DNA from: Spirochaetia bacterium
GTDB lineage: Bacteria > Spirochaetota > Spirochaetia > SZUA-6 > Bin103
Assembly (NCBI GenBank): GCA_965203515.1
Contig: OZ241907.1
Location: forward strand, 3,264,001 to 3,328,000
Length of the DNA: 64,000 bases
Direction of reading: 5' to 3'
Positions 18,715 through 27,765 of the stretch are shown here, one piece after another. Every line of letters begins with the position of its first letter. The stretch's first letter is position 1. The position numbers were made by a program, and so were the translations under genes. Under the pieces are notes generated by a model. The model searched no databases. It saw only the letters and a program-made list of their open reading frames with translations, and was not told the origin of the DNA.

Positions 18715-21700
18715 GTGAGTCGGCTCAGGTTCTGCCGCACCGCCTGCAGCTCCGTGCGCGCGTCCGCCAGACGTTGCCGCTCCCGCGCCACTACGCCGGC
18801 GGCGGCGTTGGCCAGGAAGCCGGCGTTGTCCAGCTTCCGTTGCGAGGCGTCGATCTGCCGCTGCAGGCGGTCGCGGTACTTGGCAAGGCGCTGCCGCTCG
18901 ACGCCGGCATCGACCACGTCCAGCACGTACACCTCATGGTCGCCGACGACCGCTGATGCCGAACCGGCCGGCGGCGCGCCGTCGGCCGTGAAGCGCAGCG
19001 ACGACAAGCCGGTCGCGCGCCGGATCAGCTCCCCGTAGGCTTCGAGCGGCGACGGGGCGCCGTCTCCCGTCGACCGAATCACGGCATCGAGCGGCTTGCG
19101 GGCCGCCACGCCGTGCCGGGCGCGCAGGTCGCGGACCGCGCGCGCAACGCCGCGGAGCCGGTCGATGCCGGCTTCCAGCGCCGCGTCCTCCACGTCCGGG
19201 TCCGCCGACGGCCAGGCGGCGACCGCCAGCAGCTCGGCGTCGGCCGGCTGCCAGCCGGCGATGCCGCGGCGCGGCGCCAGCTCCCGCAGGCGCGCCCACA
19301 GGGTCTCGGTGATGAACGGCACGAACGGGTGCAGCAGCCGCAGGACGCCGTCGAGCACGGTCGCCGCGGTCTGGCGCGCCGCGCCGGCGTCGGCGTCTCC
19401 GGCCTCCTGCTCCGGCGCAGCCCCATCCGCGGCGGCCAGGCGAGACTTGATCAGCTCCAGGTACCAGTCGCACAGGTCGCCCCAGAAGAACTCCCGCACC
19501 GCGGCGAGCGCGGCCGACGGGCGGTAGCCGGCAAGCTGCTCGCGCACCGCCGCGCAGGTGCGCGACAGGCGCGACAGGATCCATCGGTCCTCGGCCGGCA
19601 GCTCGTCGAGCGTCCGCTCCCGGTACCGATAGCCGCGCAGGTTGATGAACGCGAAGCGCGCCGCGTTCCACAGCTTGGTGCAGAACGCGCGGCCGACCTC
19701 GAACCGATCGCTGATCAGGGTCGCTCCCGGCAGGTCGGGGATGGTGCCCAACACGTCGAACTCCTTGCCGGTGTCGGGACAGAGATAGGTGAAGATGGTG
19801 CGCCCGTGCTCGGCTGCGGCCAGATCGATCGTCTTGCCGGTGAACGGCGACAACGCCTGCACCGGCAGACGGATGTCCTGGCTGCCGGTCTGCAGATCGC
19901 ACATCACGTACCGCAGCGCGTCGCCGCCGTACCGCTCGATGATGTCGACCGGATCGATGCCGTTGCCGGCCGACTTCCGCATCATCTCGCCCTTGCCGTC
20001 CAGGATGTTGGCGTGGATGAAGCAGTGCTCGAACGGCAGATCGCCCAGGTTGTACATGCCGGCGATGACCATGCGCGCCACCCACAGGGTGATGATGTCG
20101 CGGCCGGTCACCAGACAGGAGCCGGGGTAGTAGTAGCTCAGGCAGTCGGCGGCGCCGTCGCCGGCGGCGCCGAGCGGCGTCTGGCCGGGGTCGACCGGGG
20201 CGGTTCCCGGATCGGGCCAGCCGAGCGTGCTGTGCGGCCACAGCGCGCTGGAGAACCAGGTGTCCAGGACGTCCGGGTCCTGCTCGAAGCCGAGCGCCGT
20301 CAGGTCGTCGCCCAGGGCGGTCTCCGCCTCCGCGTCGCGGAGGCAGACGTCGATCTCCGCCTCGCCGGCGCGGCGCGCTTCCTCGATCGTGAGGGCGCGG
20401 CCTTCCTCGCCGACGGCGACGGTGATGTCCCGTATCTGCACCGCCGCGTCGTCGCGCCCCTGCAGGCGCGCGGCCAGATCGAGCGCCCGCCGCAGGCGGT
20501 CGCCCGCGCAACGCGCGGTCCAGATCGGGATCTGGTGGCCCCACCAGAGCTGCCGGCTGATGTTCCAATCGCGCTTTTCGGCCAGCCAGTCGAGGTAGGT
20601 GCGCGCGTAGCGGTCGTCCGGAAAGAAGGCGAGCTTGCGCCCGGTCGGCGACCGCCAGTCGCCGGCCACGGCGTCGATCGCCGCTTGCGCCAGACCGGGG
20701 ATGGTCGCTTCGTTGGCGGTGCCGCGGCCGGCGGTGACGCCGCCGGGCACGTCGCCCATGCGCAGGTACCACTGCCGCGAAAGGTACGGCTCGATCGCCG
20801 TGCCGGAGCGGTCCGAGTGGCCGATCTCGATGCGGTGCGGCTCGGTCCGTTCCAGCAGCCCGGCGCGTTCCAGATCGGCGACCACGCGGGTGCGCGCCGC
20901 GGCGCGGTCGAGCCCGGCGTACGGTCCGGCGGCATCGTTGAGGGCGCCGTCCGGGGCGAGGATGTTGATCAGGCCGATCCGGTCGCGGTGGCGCTGCCAC
21001 ACCTCGAAGTCGTTGGGGTCATGGCCGGGTGTGATCTTCACGCAGCCGGAGCCGACGTCCGGCTTCGCCCACTCGTCGGTGATCAGCGGTATCGGTCGGT
21101 CGAGCAGCGGCAACCGGATCAGGCGGCCGGCCGCTGCCATCTCCGCCAGCCGCACCAGGCCGCCCGGATCGGTATCGCGTCGCCGGCGAAGCCGGGCAAG
21201 CTGCTCGTCCAGGGCCGGCCGCTCCCGTTGCGAGGCGCGTGCGGCGCGCGCTGCCAGACGCTCGACGGCGCGGTCCAGCGCCCTCAGCGGGTGCGGATGG
21301 CAGGCTACCGCGGTGTCGCCCAGCATCGTCTCCGGGCGCGTGGTGGCCACCACCACGTGCGTCGGTTCGCCCGGCGCCGGATCGATCACCGGGTACCGCA
21401 GGTGCCAGTAGGCGCCGTCCACCGTGCGGTAGCCGATCTCGTCGTCGGAGACCGCGGTGCGCAACGCGCAGTCCCAGTTGACCAGGCGCGTGCCGCGGAA
21501 CACCAGCCCGTCGCGGAACAACGACAGGAAGGCGTGGCGCACGGCGCGCGAGCAGACCGCGTCCATCGTGAACCGCTGTCGATCCCAGTCGCACGAGCAG
21601 CCCATCGCCCGCTGCTGCTCGACGATCCGCTGCTGGTACCGGTCCTTCCACTCCCAGATGCGCTGCACCAGGGCGTCGCGGCCGATGTCGTGCCGGGTCT

Positions 21701-22043
21701 TGCCCTCCAGCTCCAGCAGGCGGCGCTCGATCACCGCCTGGGTGGCGATGCCGGCGTGATCGGTGCCGGCCATCCACAGCGTATTGTCGCCCTGCATCCG
21801 GTGCCAGCGGACCAGCAAGTCCTGCATGATGCTGTCCATGGCGTGCCCCATGTGCAGGGCGCCGGTGACGTTGGGCAGCGGCATCATCACCACGTAGCGC
21901 CGCTCGCGGTCGTCGGGGACGGCGCTGAACGCGCGCGCGGCCATCCAGCGCTCGGTCGCCTCCCGTTCGGCCGTAGCGTGGTCGTAACGGGTCGGCAGCG
22001 GCTCGCCGGCGAGCGGCGTTCGTCGATCGTGCTTCGAATCCAT
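18711..22043 (-). CDS. valS: Valine--tRNA ligase (long form with insertions)
   Basis: PNVTGALHMGH, DHAGIATQ, ATTRPETMLGD, DWNISRQLWWGH, DVLDTWFSS, MMRKSAGN (KMSKS site), C-terminal coiled coil. Confidence 0.97.
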   Translation of the reverse strand: MDSKHDRRTPLAGEPLPTRYDHATAEREATERWMAARAFSAVPDDRERRYVVMMPLPNVTGALHMGHAMDSIMQDLLVRWHRMQGDNTLWMAGTDHAGIATQAVIERRLLELEGKTRHDIGRDALVQRIWEWKDRYQQRIVEQQRAMGCSCDWDRQRFTMDAVCSRAVRHAFLSLFRDGLVFRGTRLVNWDCALRTAVSDDEIGYRTVDGAYWHLRYPVIDPAPGEPTHVVVATTRPETMLGDTAVACHPHPLRALDRAVERLAARAARASQRERPALDEQLARLRRRRDTDPGGLVRLAEMAAAGRLIRLPLLDRPIPLITDEWAKPDVGSGCVKITPGHDPNDFEVWQRHRDRIGLINILAPDGALNDAAGPYAGLDRAAARTRVVADLERAGLLERTEPHRIEIGHSDRSGTAIEPYLSRQWYLRMGDVPGGVTAGRGTANEATIPGLAQAAIDAVAGDWRSPTGRKLAFFPDDRYARTYLDWLAEKRDWNISRQLWWGHQIPIWTARCAGDRLRRALDLAARLQGRDDAAVQIRDITVAVGEEGRALTIEEARRAGEAEIDVCLRDAEAETALGDDLTALGFEQDPDVLDTWFSSALWPHSTLGWPDPGTAPVDPGQTPLGAAGDGAADCLSYYYPGSCLVTGRDIITLWVARMVIAGMYNLGDLPFEHCFIHANILDGKGEMMRKSAGNGIDPVDIIERYGGDALRYVMCDLQTGSQDIRLPVQALSPFTGKTIDLAAAEHGRTIFTYLCPDTGKEFDVLGTIPDLPGATLISDRFEVGRAFCTKLWNAARFAFINLRGYRYRERTLDELPAEDRWILSRLSRTCAAVREQLAGYRPSAALAAVREFFWGDLCDWYLELIKSRLAAADGAAPEQEAGDADAGAARQTAATVLDGVLRLLHPFVPFITETLWARLRELAPRRGIAGWQPADAELLAVAAWPSADPDVEDAALEAGIDRLRGVARAVRDLRARHGVAARKPLDAVIRSTGDGAPSPLEAYGELIRRATGLSSLRFTADGAPPAGSASAVVGDHEVYVLDVVDAGVERQRLAKYRDRLQRQIDASQRKLDNAGFLANAAAGVVARERQRLADARTELQAVRQNLSRLT

Positions 22044-22054
22044 CGCTTCCCGCC

Positions 22055-22061
22055 TATACTA
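22055..22061. promoter_or_regulatory. Overlapping divergent -10 elements (valS / ABC operon)
   Basis: TATACT on + (22055-22060) overlaps TAGTAT on - (22061-22056). Confidence 0.5.
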
Positions 22062-22072
22062 ACCGAGTCACG

Positions 22073-22147
22073 ATGGCAAACGCTGAGCTCCAGCGAACAG
22101 TGGACGATCGGCGGTCGACGCGGGCTGACGAGAGCCGCCGGTCATGA
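22073..22147 (+). CDS. Candidate 24-aa upstream ORF coupled to the ABC ATPase
   Basis: MANAELQRTVDDRRSTRADESRRS*; the stop overlaps ATG 22144 (ATGA). Confidence 0.3.
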   Translation: MANAELQRTVDDRRSTRADESRRS

Positions 22148-23031
22148 TCGAGGTGCGCGAGGTCGTGAAGCGCTATGGCGGCCACCTGGCGGTCGACCGG
22201 GTCTCGTTCCGCGCCCATGCGGGCGAGATCTTCGGGCTGCTCGGCCCGAACGGCGCCGGCAAGAGCACGATCATCCGCATGATCATGAACATCCTGGCGG
22301 CCGACGCGGGCGAGGTGCTGTTCGACGGCCGGCCGCTCGGCGAGGCGGACAAGGAGCGCATCGGCTATCTGCCGGAGGAGCGCGGCCTGTATCAGCGCCA
22401 GACGGTTCGGGAGGTGCTGACCTACCTGGCGGCGCTCAAGGGCATGCCTCCGGCCCGGTCCGCGGCGGCCATCGACGCCTGGCTGGAACGGTTCGAGCTG
22501 GCCGACTGGCGCGACCGGCGGGTCGAGCAGCTCTCCAAGGGGATGGCGCAGAAGGTGCAGTTCATCGCCGCGGTGGTCCACGATCCGGCGATCGTCTTCT
22601 TCGACGAGCCGTTCGCGGGCATCGATCCGGTCTCCGCCGACGTGCTGCGCGCTGCCCTGGAGGAGCTGGCGCGCGCCGGCAAGACCGTGCTCTTCTCGAC
22701 CCACCTGATGGAGCACGCCGAGCGCATCTGCGAGCGCGTGCACGTCATCGACCGCGGTCGGACGGTGATCGACGGCCGCCTGGCGGAGGTGAAGGACCGC
22801 TTCGGCACCGGCAGCATCCAGGTGGAGATCGACGGCGACGCCGGCTTCCTGCGCGGCGATCCGCTGGTGGCCGGCCTGACCGGCTACCCGAACTACGTCG
22901 AGGTCGAGCCGGCCGCCGGAGTCCCCCCCGAGCGCATCCTCAAGCTGCTGGTCGACCGGGTGCGCGTGCGACGCTTCGAGGTGGTCGCCCCGTCGCTGCA
23001 CCGCATCTTCGTGGAACGCGTGAAGCGGTGA
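22144..23031 (+). CDS. ABC-2 exporter ATP-binding protein
   Basis: GPNGAGKST, LSKGMAQK, FFDEPF, FSTH. Confidence 0.95.
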   Translation: MIEVREVVKRYGGHLAVDRVSFRAHAGEIFGLLGPNGAGKSTIIRMIMNILAADAGEVLFDGRPLGEADKERIGYLPEERGLYQRQTVREVLTYLAALKGMPPARSAAAIDAWLERFELADWRDRRVEQLSKGMAQKVQFIAAVVHDPAIVFFDEPFAGIDPVSADVLRAALEELARAGKTVLFSTHLMEHAERICERVHVIDRGRTVIDGRLAEVKDRFGTGSIQVEIDGDAGFLRGDPLVAGLTGYPNYVEVEPAAGVPPERILKLLVDRVRVRRFEVVAPSLHRIFVERVKR

Positions 23032-24263
23032 GCGACGTGAGCAAGCTGTGGCTGGTGGCGCGCATGGAGCTGCGCATGGCGGCCATGACCAAGTCGTTCC
23101 TGATCACGACCCTCACCGGCCCCTTCCTCATCGTCGCCCTGGTCGCCCTGCCGCAGGTGCTGGCGCAGAACGCCGCCGAGGATACCTCCTCCCTGGAGGG
23201 AACGACGGTGGCGCTGGTGGGCGCGGACGGGCTGCTGCCGGCGATCCGCGCCGAGCTGGAGCCGCTTGGCATGGTCGTGGAGGCGGCCGGCGAGGCGGCT
23301 CCGCTGTCCGACCGCGTACGCGCCGGCGACCTGGACGGCTACGTGGTGTTTCCGGCCGACCCGCTCGGGGAAGAGTCTCCCCGGTACTTCAGCGACGATG
23401 CGGTCGACATTGCGCTGCGCGCGGCGGTCGACCGCGCGATCGGTCGCGCGGTCGTGCAGCGCCGGCTGGAGCGCGCCGGGCTCGACGTGGACCGCGTCAC
23501 CCGGCTGACCCGGCAGCCGCGGCTGCAGGCGCTGCTGCTCGATGAGGAGGGCGCGGTCGAGCAGGACCTGCAGGAGTCGTTCCTGGTGGTTACCGCGTTC
23601 GTCGGCCTGCTCTACCTGATGCTGGTGCTGTACGGCCAGGCGATCGGCCGTTCGGTGCTGACCGAGAAGACCGGCAAGACCGCGGAGATCATGTTGTCGT
23701 CGCTGCGCCCGTTCGTGCTGCTGGCCGGCAAGGTGACCGGCAAGGGGCTGGCGGGCGTGCTGCAGTATCTGGCGTGGATGCTCATCTCGCTCGTGGCGAT
23801 CGACGTGCTCGGGCCGCTCCTGGGCGTGTCGGTGCCGCCGTTCGTGCGGCCCGGCAACCTGCTGGCGCTGCTGGGATTCTTCGCGCTCGGCTTCCTGCTC
23901 TACTCGGCCGCGTTCGCGATGGCGGGCGCTATCGCCGCCGACGAGCAGAACTTCTCGCAGCTCCTGTGGCCGGTGATGGTGGCGCTGGTGGTGCCGATGC
24001 TGGTGATGCCCTCGGTGCTGATCGACCCCGGCGGGCCGCTGGCGGTCGCGCTGTCGATGGTCCCGGCGACCGCGCCGGTGGTGATGTTCATGCGCGTGAT
24101 ACTCGGCGAGCCCGGCGCGCTCGAGGTGGCGGCGGCCTCAGCCGGCGTGGCGGTGGTGACCGGCGCCGCGGTGTGGGCCGCCGCCAAGGTGTTCCGGCTC
24201 GGCATTCTGCTCACCGGGAAGAAGGGCACCTTCGGCGAGATCGTGCGTCTGTTGCGGACCTAG
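23028..24263 (+). CDS. ABC-2 exporter permease (NatB-like)
   Basis: GTGA overlap; N-terminal TM, large loop, SVLTEKTGKTAEIMLSS..P..LLAGK, further TMs. Confidence 0.92.
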   Translation: MSDVSKLWLVARMELRMAAMTKSFLITTLTGPFLIVALVALPQVLAQNAAEDTSSLEGTTVALVGADGLLPAIRAELEPLGMVVEAAGEAAPLSDRVRAGDLDGYVVFPADPLGEESPRYFSDDAVDIALRAAVDRAIGRAVVQRRLERAGLDVDRVTRLTRQPRLQALLLDEEGAVEQDLQESFLVVTAFVGLLYLMLVLYGQAIGRSVLTEKTGKTAEIMLSSLRPFVLLAGKVTGKGLAGVLQYLAWMLISLVAIDVLGPLLGVSVPPFVRPGNLLALLGFFALGFLLYSAAFAMAGAIAADEQNFSQLLWPVMVALVVPMLVMPSVLIDPGGPLAVALSMVPATAPVVMFMRVILGEPGALEVAAASAGVAVVTGAAVWAAAKVFRLGILLTGKKGTFGEIVRLLRT

Positions 24264-24852
24264 CGTCCGTCGCGTAGCGGCGCCGCCCAGCGGCGTCCGC
24301 ATCGATCACCCGCCGTTCGGTGACGACGTGGTGCACCGGCAGGTCCCAGGCGCATGGCCGCACCGAGTCGACCACCTGCGCCTCGAACGCCAGGCCGATG
24401 CGGAGCGCCTGCGCGCTGCGCACCAGGAACCGGTCGTAGTATCCGCCGCCGTAGCCGAGCCGGAAGCCGTTCACGTCGAACGCCAGCCCCGGCACCAGCA
24501 CCGCGTCGATCGACTCCGGCTCCACCGCCGCGGCTTCCGGCGGTGGCTCCATGACGCCCAGGCGGCTGCGCACCGGCGGCGGGCCGGTCAGGAGCGCCGC
24601 GTGCATGGTTCCGGCCGCCGCGACCCGAGGCGCGGCCAGACGGTGCGAGCGGCGCAGTGAGCCGATCAGCTCGCCGGTCTCCACCTCGCTGCGACAGCTC
24701 AGGTAGACCATGACCGTGTCCGCGCCGGCCGCCGCCAACAGGCGCCGGGCACGGGCGCACGCCTGCGCGCTGAGCCGCGCGCGGTCCGGTGCGGGGATGG
24801 CGTCCCGGATGCGGCGCGCCCGCGCGCGCAGGTCGTCTCGGCGGCTCGCCAT
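24211..24852 (-). CDS. 5-formyltetrahydrofolate cyclo-ligase
   Basis: VLVPGLAFD.NGFRLGYGGGYYDRFL, DLPVHHVVTE. Confidence 0.94.
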   Translation of the reverse strand: MASRRDDLRARARRIRDAIPAPDRARLSAQACARARRLLAAAGADTVMVYLSCRSEVETGELIGSLRRSHRLAAPRVAAAGTMHAALLTGPPPVRSRLGVMEPPPEAAAVEPESIDAVLVPGLAFDVNGFRLGYGGGYYDRFLVRSAQALRIGLAFEAQVVDSVRPCAWDLPVHHVVTERRVIDADAAGRRRYATDARSATDARSRRRCPSSR

Positions 24853-24922
24853 ACGGCCCGCAAGCCTACGCCGCGGCGCGCGGCCCCGAAAGGGACGCCG
24901 CGCGCGGTAGTCTTGGGCCGAC

Positions 24923-26653
24923 GTGTTTCGGGTTCCGGGTCTGCTCGTCCTGACCGCCGTCGCGGCGGTGCTCGCCGCGTGCGCGGAGCCGGCCGCGCTG
25001 CGGCTGTCCGTGCATCGTTCGGCCTTGCTCGGCGAACACGCCAACCCGCCGCTCTGGGCGTGGGCGGTGGACGGCGGCGCCGCGGTCGCCGCCGTGGAGG
25101 TATCGCTCGACGGCGCGCCGTACCGGCGGCTCGACCCGTCGGCGCGATCGTTTCGGCCGCCGGCTCCCCTGGAGCCGGGACGGCATACGCTGCGGGTCCG
25201 GGTGCGAACGGCAGGGACGCCGGCGCTGGAGGAATCGGCCGATGCGCAGGTGGCGGCGCTGCCGGGACGGCCGCCGGTTCCCGGCGATCCGTGCTACCGC
25301 GCCGGAGACGACCCGCTCCGGTGCGGCGACGGCAGCGATGCCGGGCAGTGGGCGCTGCGGCAGATACGGCAGCCGGAGGTCTGGCAGGCGCTGGCCGCGC
25401 GGGTGCTGGGCGAGCCCGGGCGCGTGGTGGTGGCGGTGCTCGATACCGGCTACGTCCCGCATCCGGACCTGCTGCGCAACCTCGACGCGGATGCCGGCTA
25501 CGACTTCGTCCGCGACCTGGCCGCCGCCGGCGACGGGGACGGCATCGACCCGGACGCCGCCGATCCCGGGACCGACGGGAGGTGGCATGGGACCGCGATC
25601 GCCGGCGTCATCGCCGCGCAGACCGACAACGGTCGGGAGCTCGCCGGCATGGGGTGGCCGTGGGGCCGGTCGCGGGTCACGATCATGCCGGTCCGCGTCG
25701 TGGGGCGGGGCGGCGCCACGACCTATGACGCCGCGCAGGGTCTGCGCTACGCCGCCGGGCTGGAGAACGACGCCGGCGTCCGGCCGCCCGTGCCGGCCAG
25801 GATCATCAACCTCAGCCTGGCGGAGCAGTTCCCGGGTCCCGGAGACCCGGTGCTGGAGGAAGCGCTGGCACAGGTCACGGCCGCCGGCGCGATCGTGGTT
25901 GCCGCCGCCGGCAACCACCGCTCCAACGTGCGCTTTCCCGCCAACTCGCCGTACACGGTGGCGGTCGGGTCGGTCGACGCGCGCCGAGCGCTCGCGTCGA
26001 CCTCCAACTTCGGGCCGGAGATCGACATCGTCGCGCCGGGCGGCGATGACTCGGCGGAGCTCCGCACGCTGGCTGCCGACCCGCGTCGGGGGCCGCCGCA
26101 CTGGATCGTCGGCAGGGACCACGGGACCTCGCTCGCGGCCGCGCACGTGAGCGGCGCCCTGGCCCTGCTTGCCGGCATCGCCCCGTCGCTCACCCTGAGC
26201 GACGCGCGGTCGGCGCTCGCTGCCTCGGCGGTCGACCTGGGGGCGCCGGGGAGGGACGATCGGTTCGGTCCCGGCCTGCTGGACGCCTTCGCCCTGATCG
26301 GCGCCTACCCGCCGCAGCGCTCCGCGCCGATCGCTCGATCCGGCCGCGACCGGCGCGCCGCCGGCGCCCTGGCGAACGGCGGATCGGCGCCGGGGGGCGC
26401 CGATCCGAGCAGCCTGATCATCCGCTTCCGCGACCGCCGGGCGAGCCGCGCGGCGGCCGCCGAAGCGGGCGAGCGGATGGAGCGGCGCCATGCGGTGGCG
26501 AGGGTCACGGCCGGCGCCGGCGGGTATGCGCTGGTGCGGCTGCGCGACGGTCAGGACCGCGGGCGGATCGAGGCGCAGCTCCGGGCCGACCCGGCGGTGG
26601 CGGCGGTCTACGACAACCGGCTCTATCGGCCGGCCGGAGTCCCGCCGCGGTAG
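24923..26653 (+). CDS. S8 subtilisin-like serine protease, lipoprotein
   Basis: Lipobox VLAAC; triad VAVLDTG / WHGTAIAG / GTSLAAAHV; AAAGN oxyanion motif. Confidence 0.92.
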   Translation: MFRVPGLLVLTAVAAVLAACAEPAALRLSVHRSALLGEHANPPLWAWAVDGGAAVAAVEVSLDGAPYRRLDPSARSFRPPAPLEPGRHTLRVRVRTAGTPALEESADAQVAALPGRPPVPGDPCYRAGDDPLRCGDGSDAGQWALRQIRQPEVWQALAARVLGEPGRVVVAVLDTGYVPHPDLLRNLDADAGYDFVRDLAAAGDGDGIDPDAADPGTDGRWHGTAIAGVIAAQTDNGRELAGMGWPWGRSRVTIMPVRVVGRGGATTYDAAQGLRYAAGLENDAGVRPPVPARIINLSLAEQFPGPGDPVLEEALAQVTAAGAIVVAAAGNHRSNVRFPANSPYTVAVGSVDARRALASTSNFGPEIDIVAPGGDDSAELRTLAADPRRGPPHWIVGRDHGTSLAAAHVSGALALLAGIAPSLTLSDARSALAASAVDLGAPGRDDRFGPGLLDAFALIGAYPPQRSAPIARSGRDRRAAGALANGGSAPGGADPSSLIIRFRDRRASRAAAAEAGERMERRHAVARVTAGAGGYALVRLRDGQDRGRIEAQLRADPAVAAVYDNRLYRPAGVPPR

Positions 26654-26678
26654 CGGCTCACCGGCGCACCGGCCCGGC

Positions 26679-27668
26679 TCAGCGCCGCTCCCGGAGCCAG
26701 GCGCGCACGCGCGGGTGGCCGAGCGCGTGCGGATTGAGCACGTGGTCGGGCTGGCGTCCGTGCACGGCGTCGGTCACCTGCTCGAAGGTCTTGGCGTCCA
26801 GGCGCGCCGAGGACTCCACGGTGATGCCGCCCGAGTGGTTGCTGGCGATGACGCGCGGGTGATCGCGATGGATGGCGCGCGGTCCGTCGACCGGATCGTC
26901 CACGACGTAGTAGTAGAGCTTGCCCTCTTCGACGGCGCGGTGGGCCGCCGCGTCGTCGACCAGGGCGCCGCGCGACGGGTTGATCAGCGATGCGTGCGGC
27001 TGCATGAGGGAGAGCTGCTCGTAGCCGACGATGGGATCGGCCCCGGAGACGTGCAGGCTCACCGTGTCGCAGCGCCTGAACAACTCTTCCGGTTCCGCTA
27101 CCGCCGTGGCCCCGTAGCGGGCGGCGATCCGGTCGATGTCCTCGCGGATGTCGTACACCAGCAGCCGGCCGCGGTCGCCGAGCAACGGGAGCGCGCGCTT
27201 GGCGACCTCCCGGCCGATCCGCCCGAACCCGTAGAGGCCGAGGCAGGAGCCCTGCACGTCGAAGCAGCGGATGATCCGCGAGTCGCCGCGGTGGGCCATC
27301 CGGTTGAAGGTGTAGGTGCGCTTCATGGTGGCCAGCCACTGCGCGATGGTGTATTCGGCCACCGTGTCCACGTGCACGGGAGTGACGGTGATCAGCACGC
27401 CGTGGCGCGTGGCGCCGGCGACGTTGACCTGATCGAAGCCGACCCCCCACCGCGCCACGACCCGCAGCTCGCCGGCGGCGGCGTAGAAGTCGTCGGGGAA
27501 CGGGGTGCTGTCGGCGATGACGGCGACCACGCCGGCCGCGTCCGCAGGGGTGAGGTCGGCGGGCAGCTCCCGCACCTCGGCGAGCCGCGTCAGGGCCTCC
27601 AGCCCTGACCGGCGGGCGTCGCCGGCGAACTCCGGGTTCTGCAACTGGCGGCAGACGTAGATGCGCAT
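26679..27668 (-). CDS. D-isomer-specific 2-hydroxyacid dehydrogenase
   Basis: VARWGVGFDQV, VAEY, GLYGFGRIG, INPSRG, NHSGG. Start 27668 preferred over 27707, which abuts a strong hairpin. Confidence 0.92.
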   Translation of the reverse strand: MRIYVCRQLQNPEFAGDARRSGLEALTRLAEVRELPADLTPADAAGVVAVIADSTPFPDDFYAAAGELRVVARWGVGFDQVNVAGATRHGVLITVTPVHVDTVAEYTIAQWLATMKRTYTFNRMAHRGDSRIIRCFDVQGSCLGLYGFGRIGREVAKRALPLLGDRGRLLVYDIREDIDRIAARYGATAVAEPEELFRRCDTVSLHVSGADPIVGYEQLSLMQPHASLINPSRGALVDDAAAHRAVEEGKLYYYVVDDPVDGPRAIHRDHPRVIASNHSGGITVESSARLDAKTFEQVTDAVHGRQPDHVLNPHALGHPRVRAWLRERR

Positions 27669-27708
27669 GGCACCGTCATTCTGCCCGGTCGGCGCGTCTT
27701 CCGCCATG

Positions 27709-27747
27709 CCGGACGGGCGGCGCGGCGTCGCCGCGCCGCCCGTCCGG
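27709..27747. repeat. Perfect 19-bp inverted repeat (possible terminator or RNA-stability hairpin)
   Basis: ccggacgggcggcgcggcg-t-cgccgcgccgcccgtccgg, 18 nt downstream of the stop at 27766. Confidence 0.85.
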
Positions 27748-27765
27748 GGGACGTCTCGTGTGCGG

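Noticed and set aside
22044..22143. T-box riboswitch for valS
   Set aside because: The gap is 100 bp, shared with a divergent operon, and shows no T-box motif or terminator.
24853..24922. 6S RNA upstream of the 5-formyl-THF cyclo-ligase gene
   Set aside because: Only 70 bp before the divergent gene; 6S RNA needs about 180 nt.
27669..27707. ATG 27707 as start of the 2-hydroxyacid dehydrogenase
   Set aside because: It abuts a very stable hairpin and adds a non-family-like extension; 27668 has a -10-like CAGAAT 9 nt upstream.
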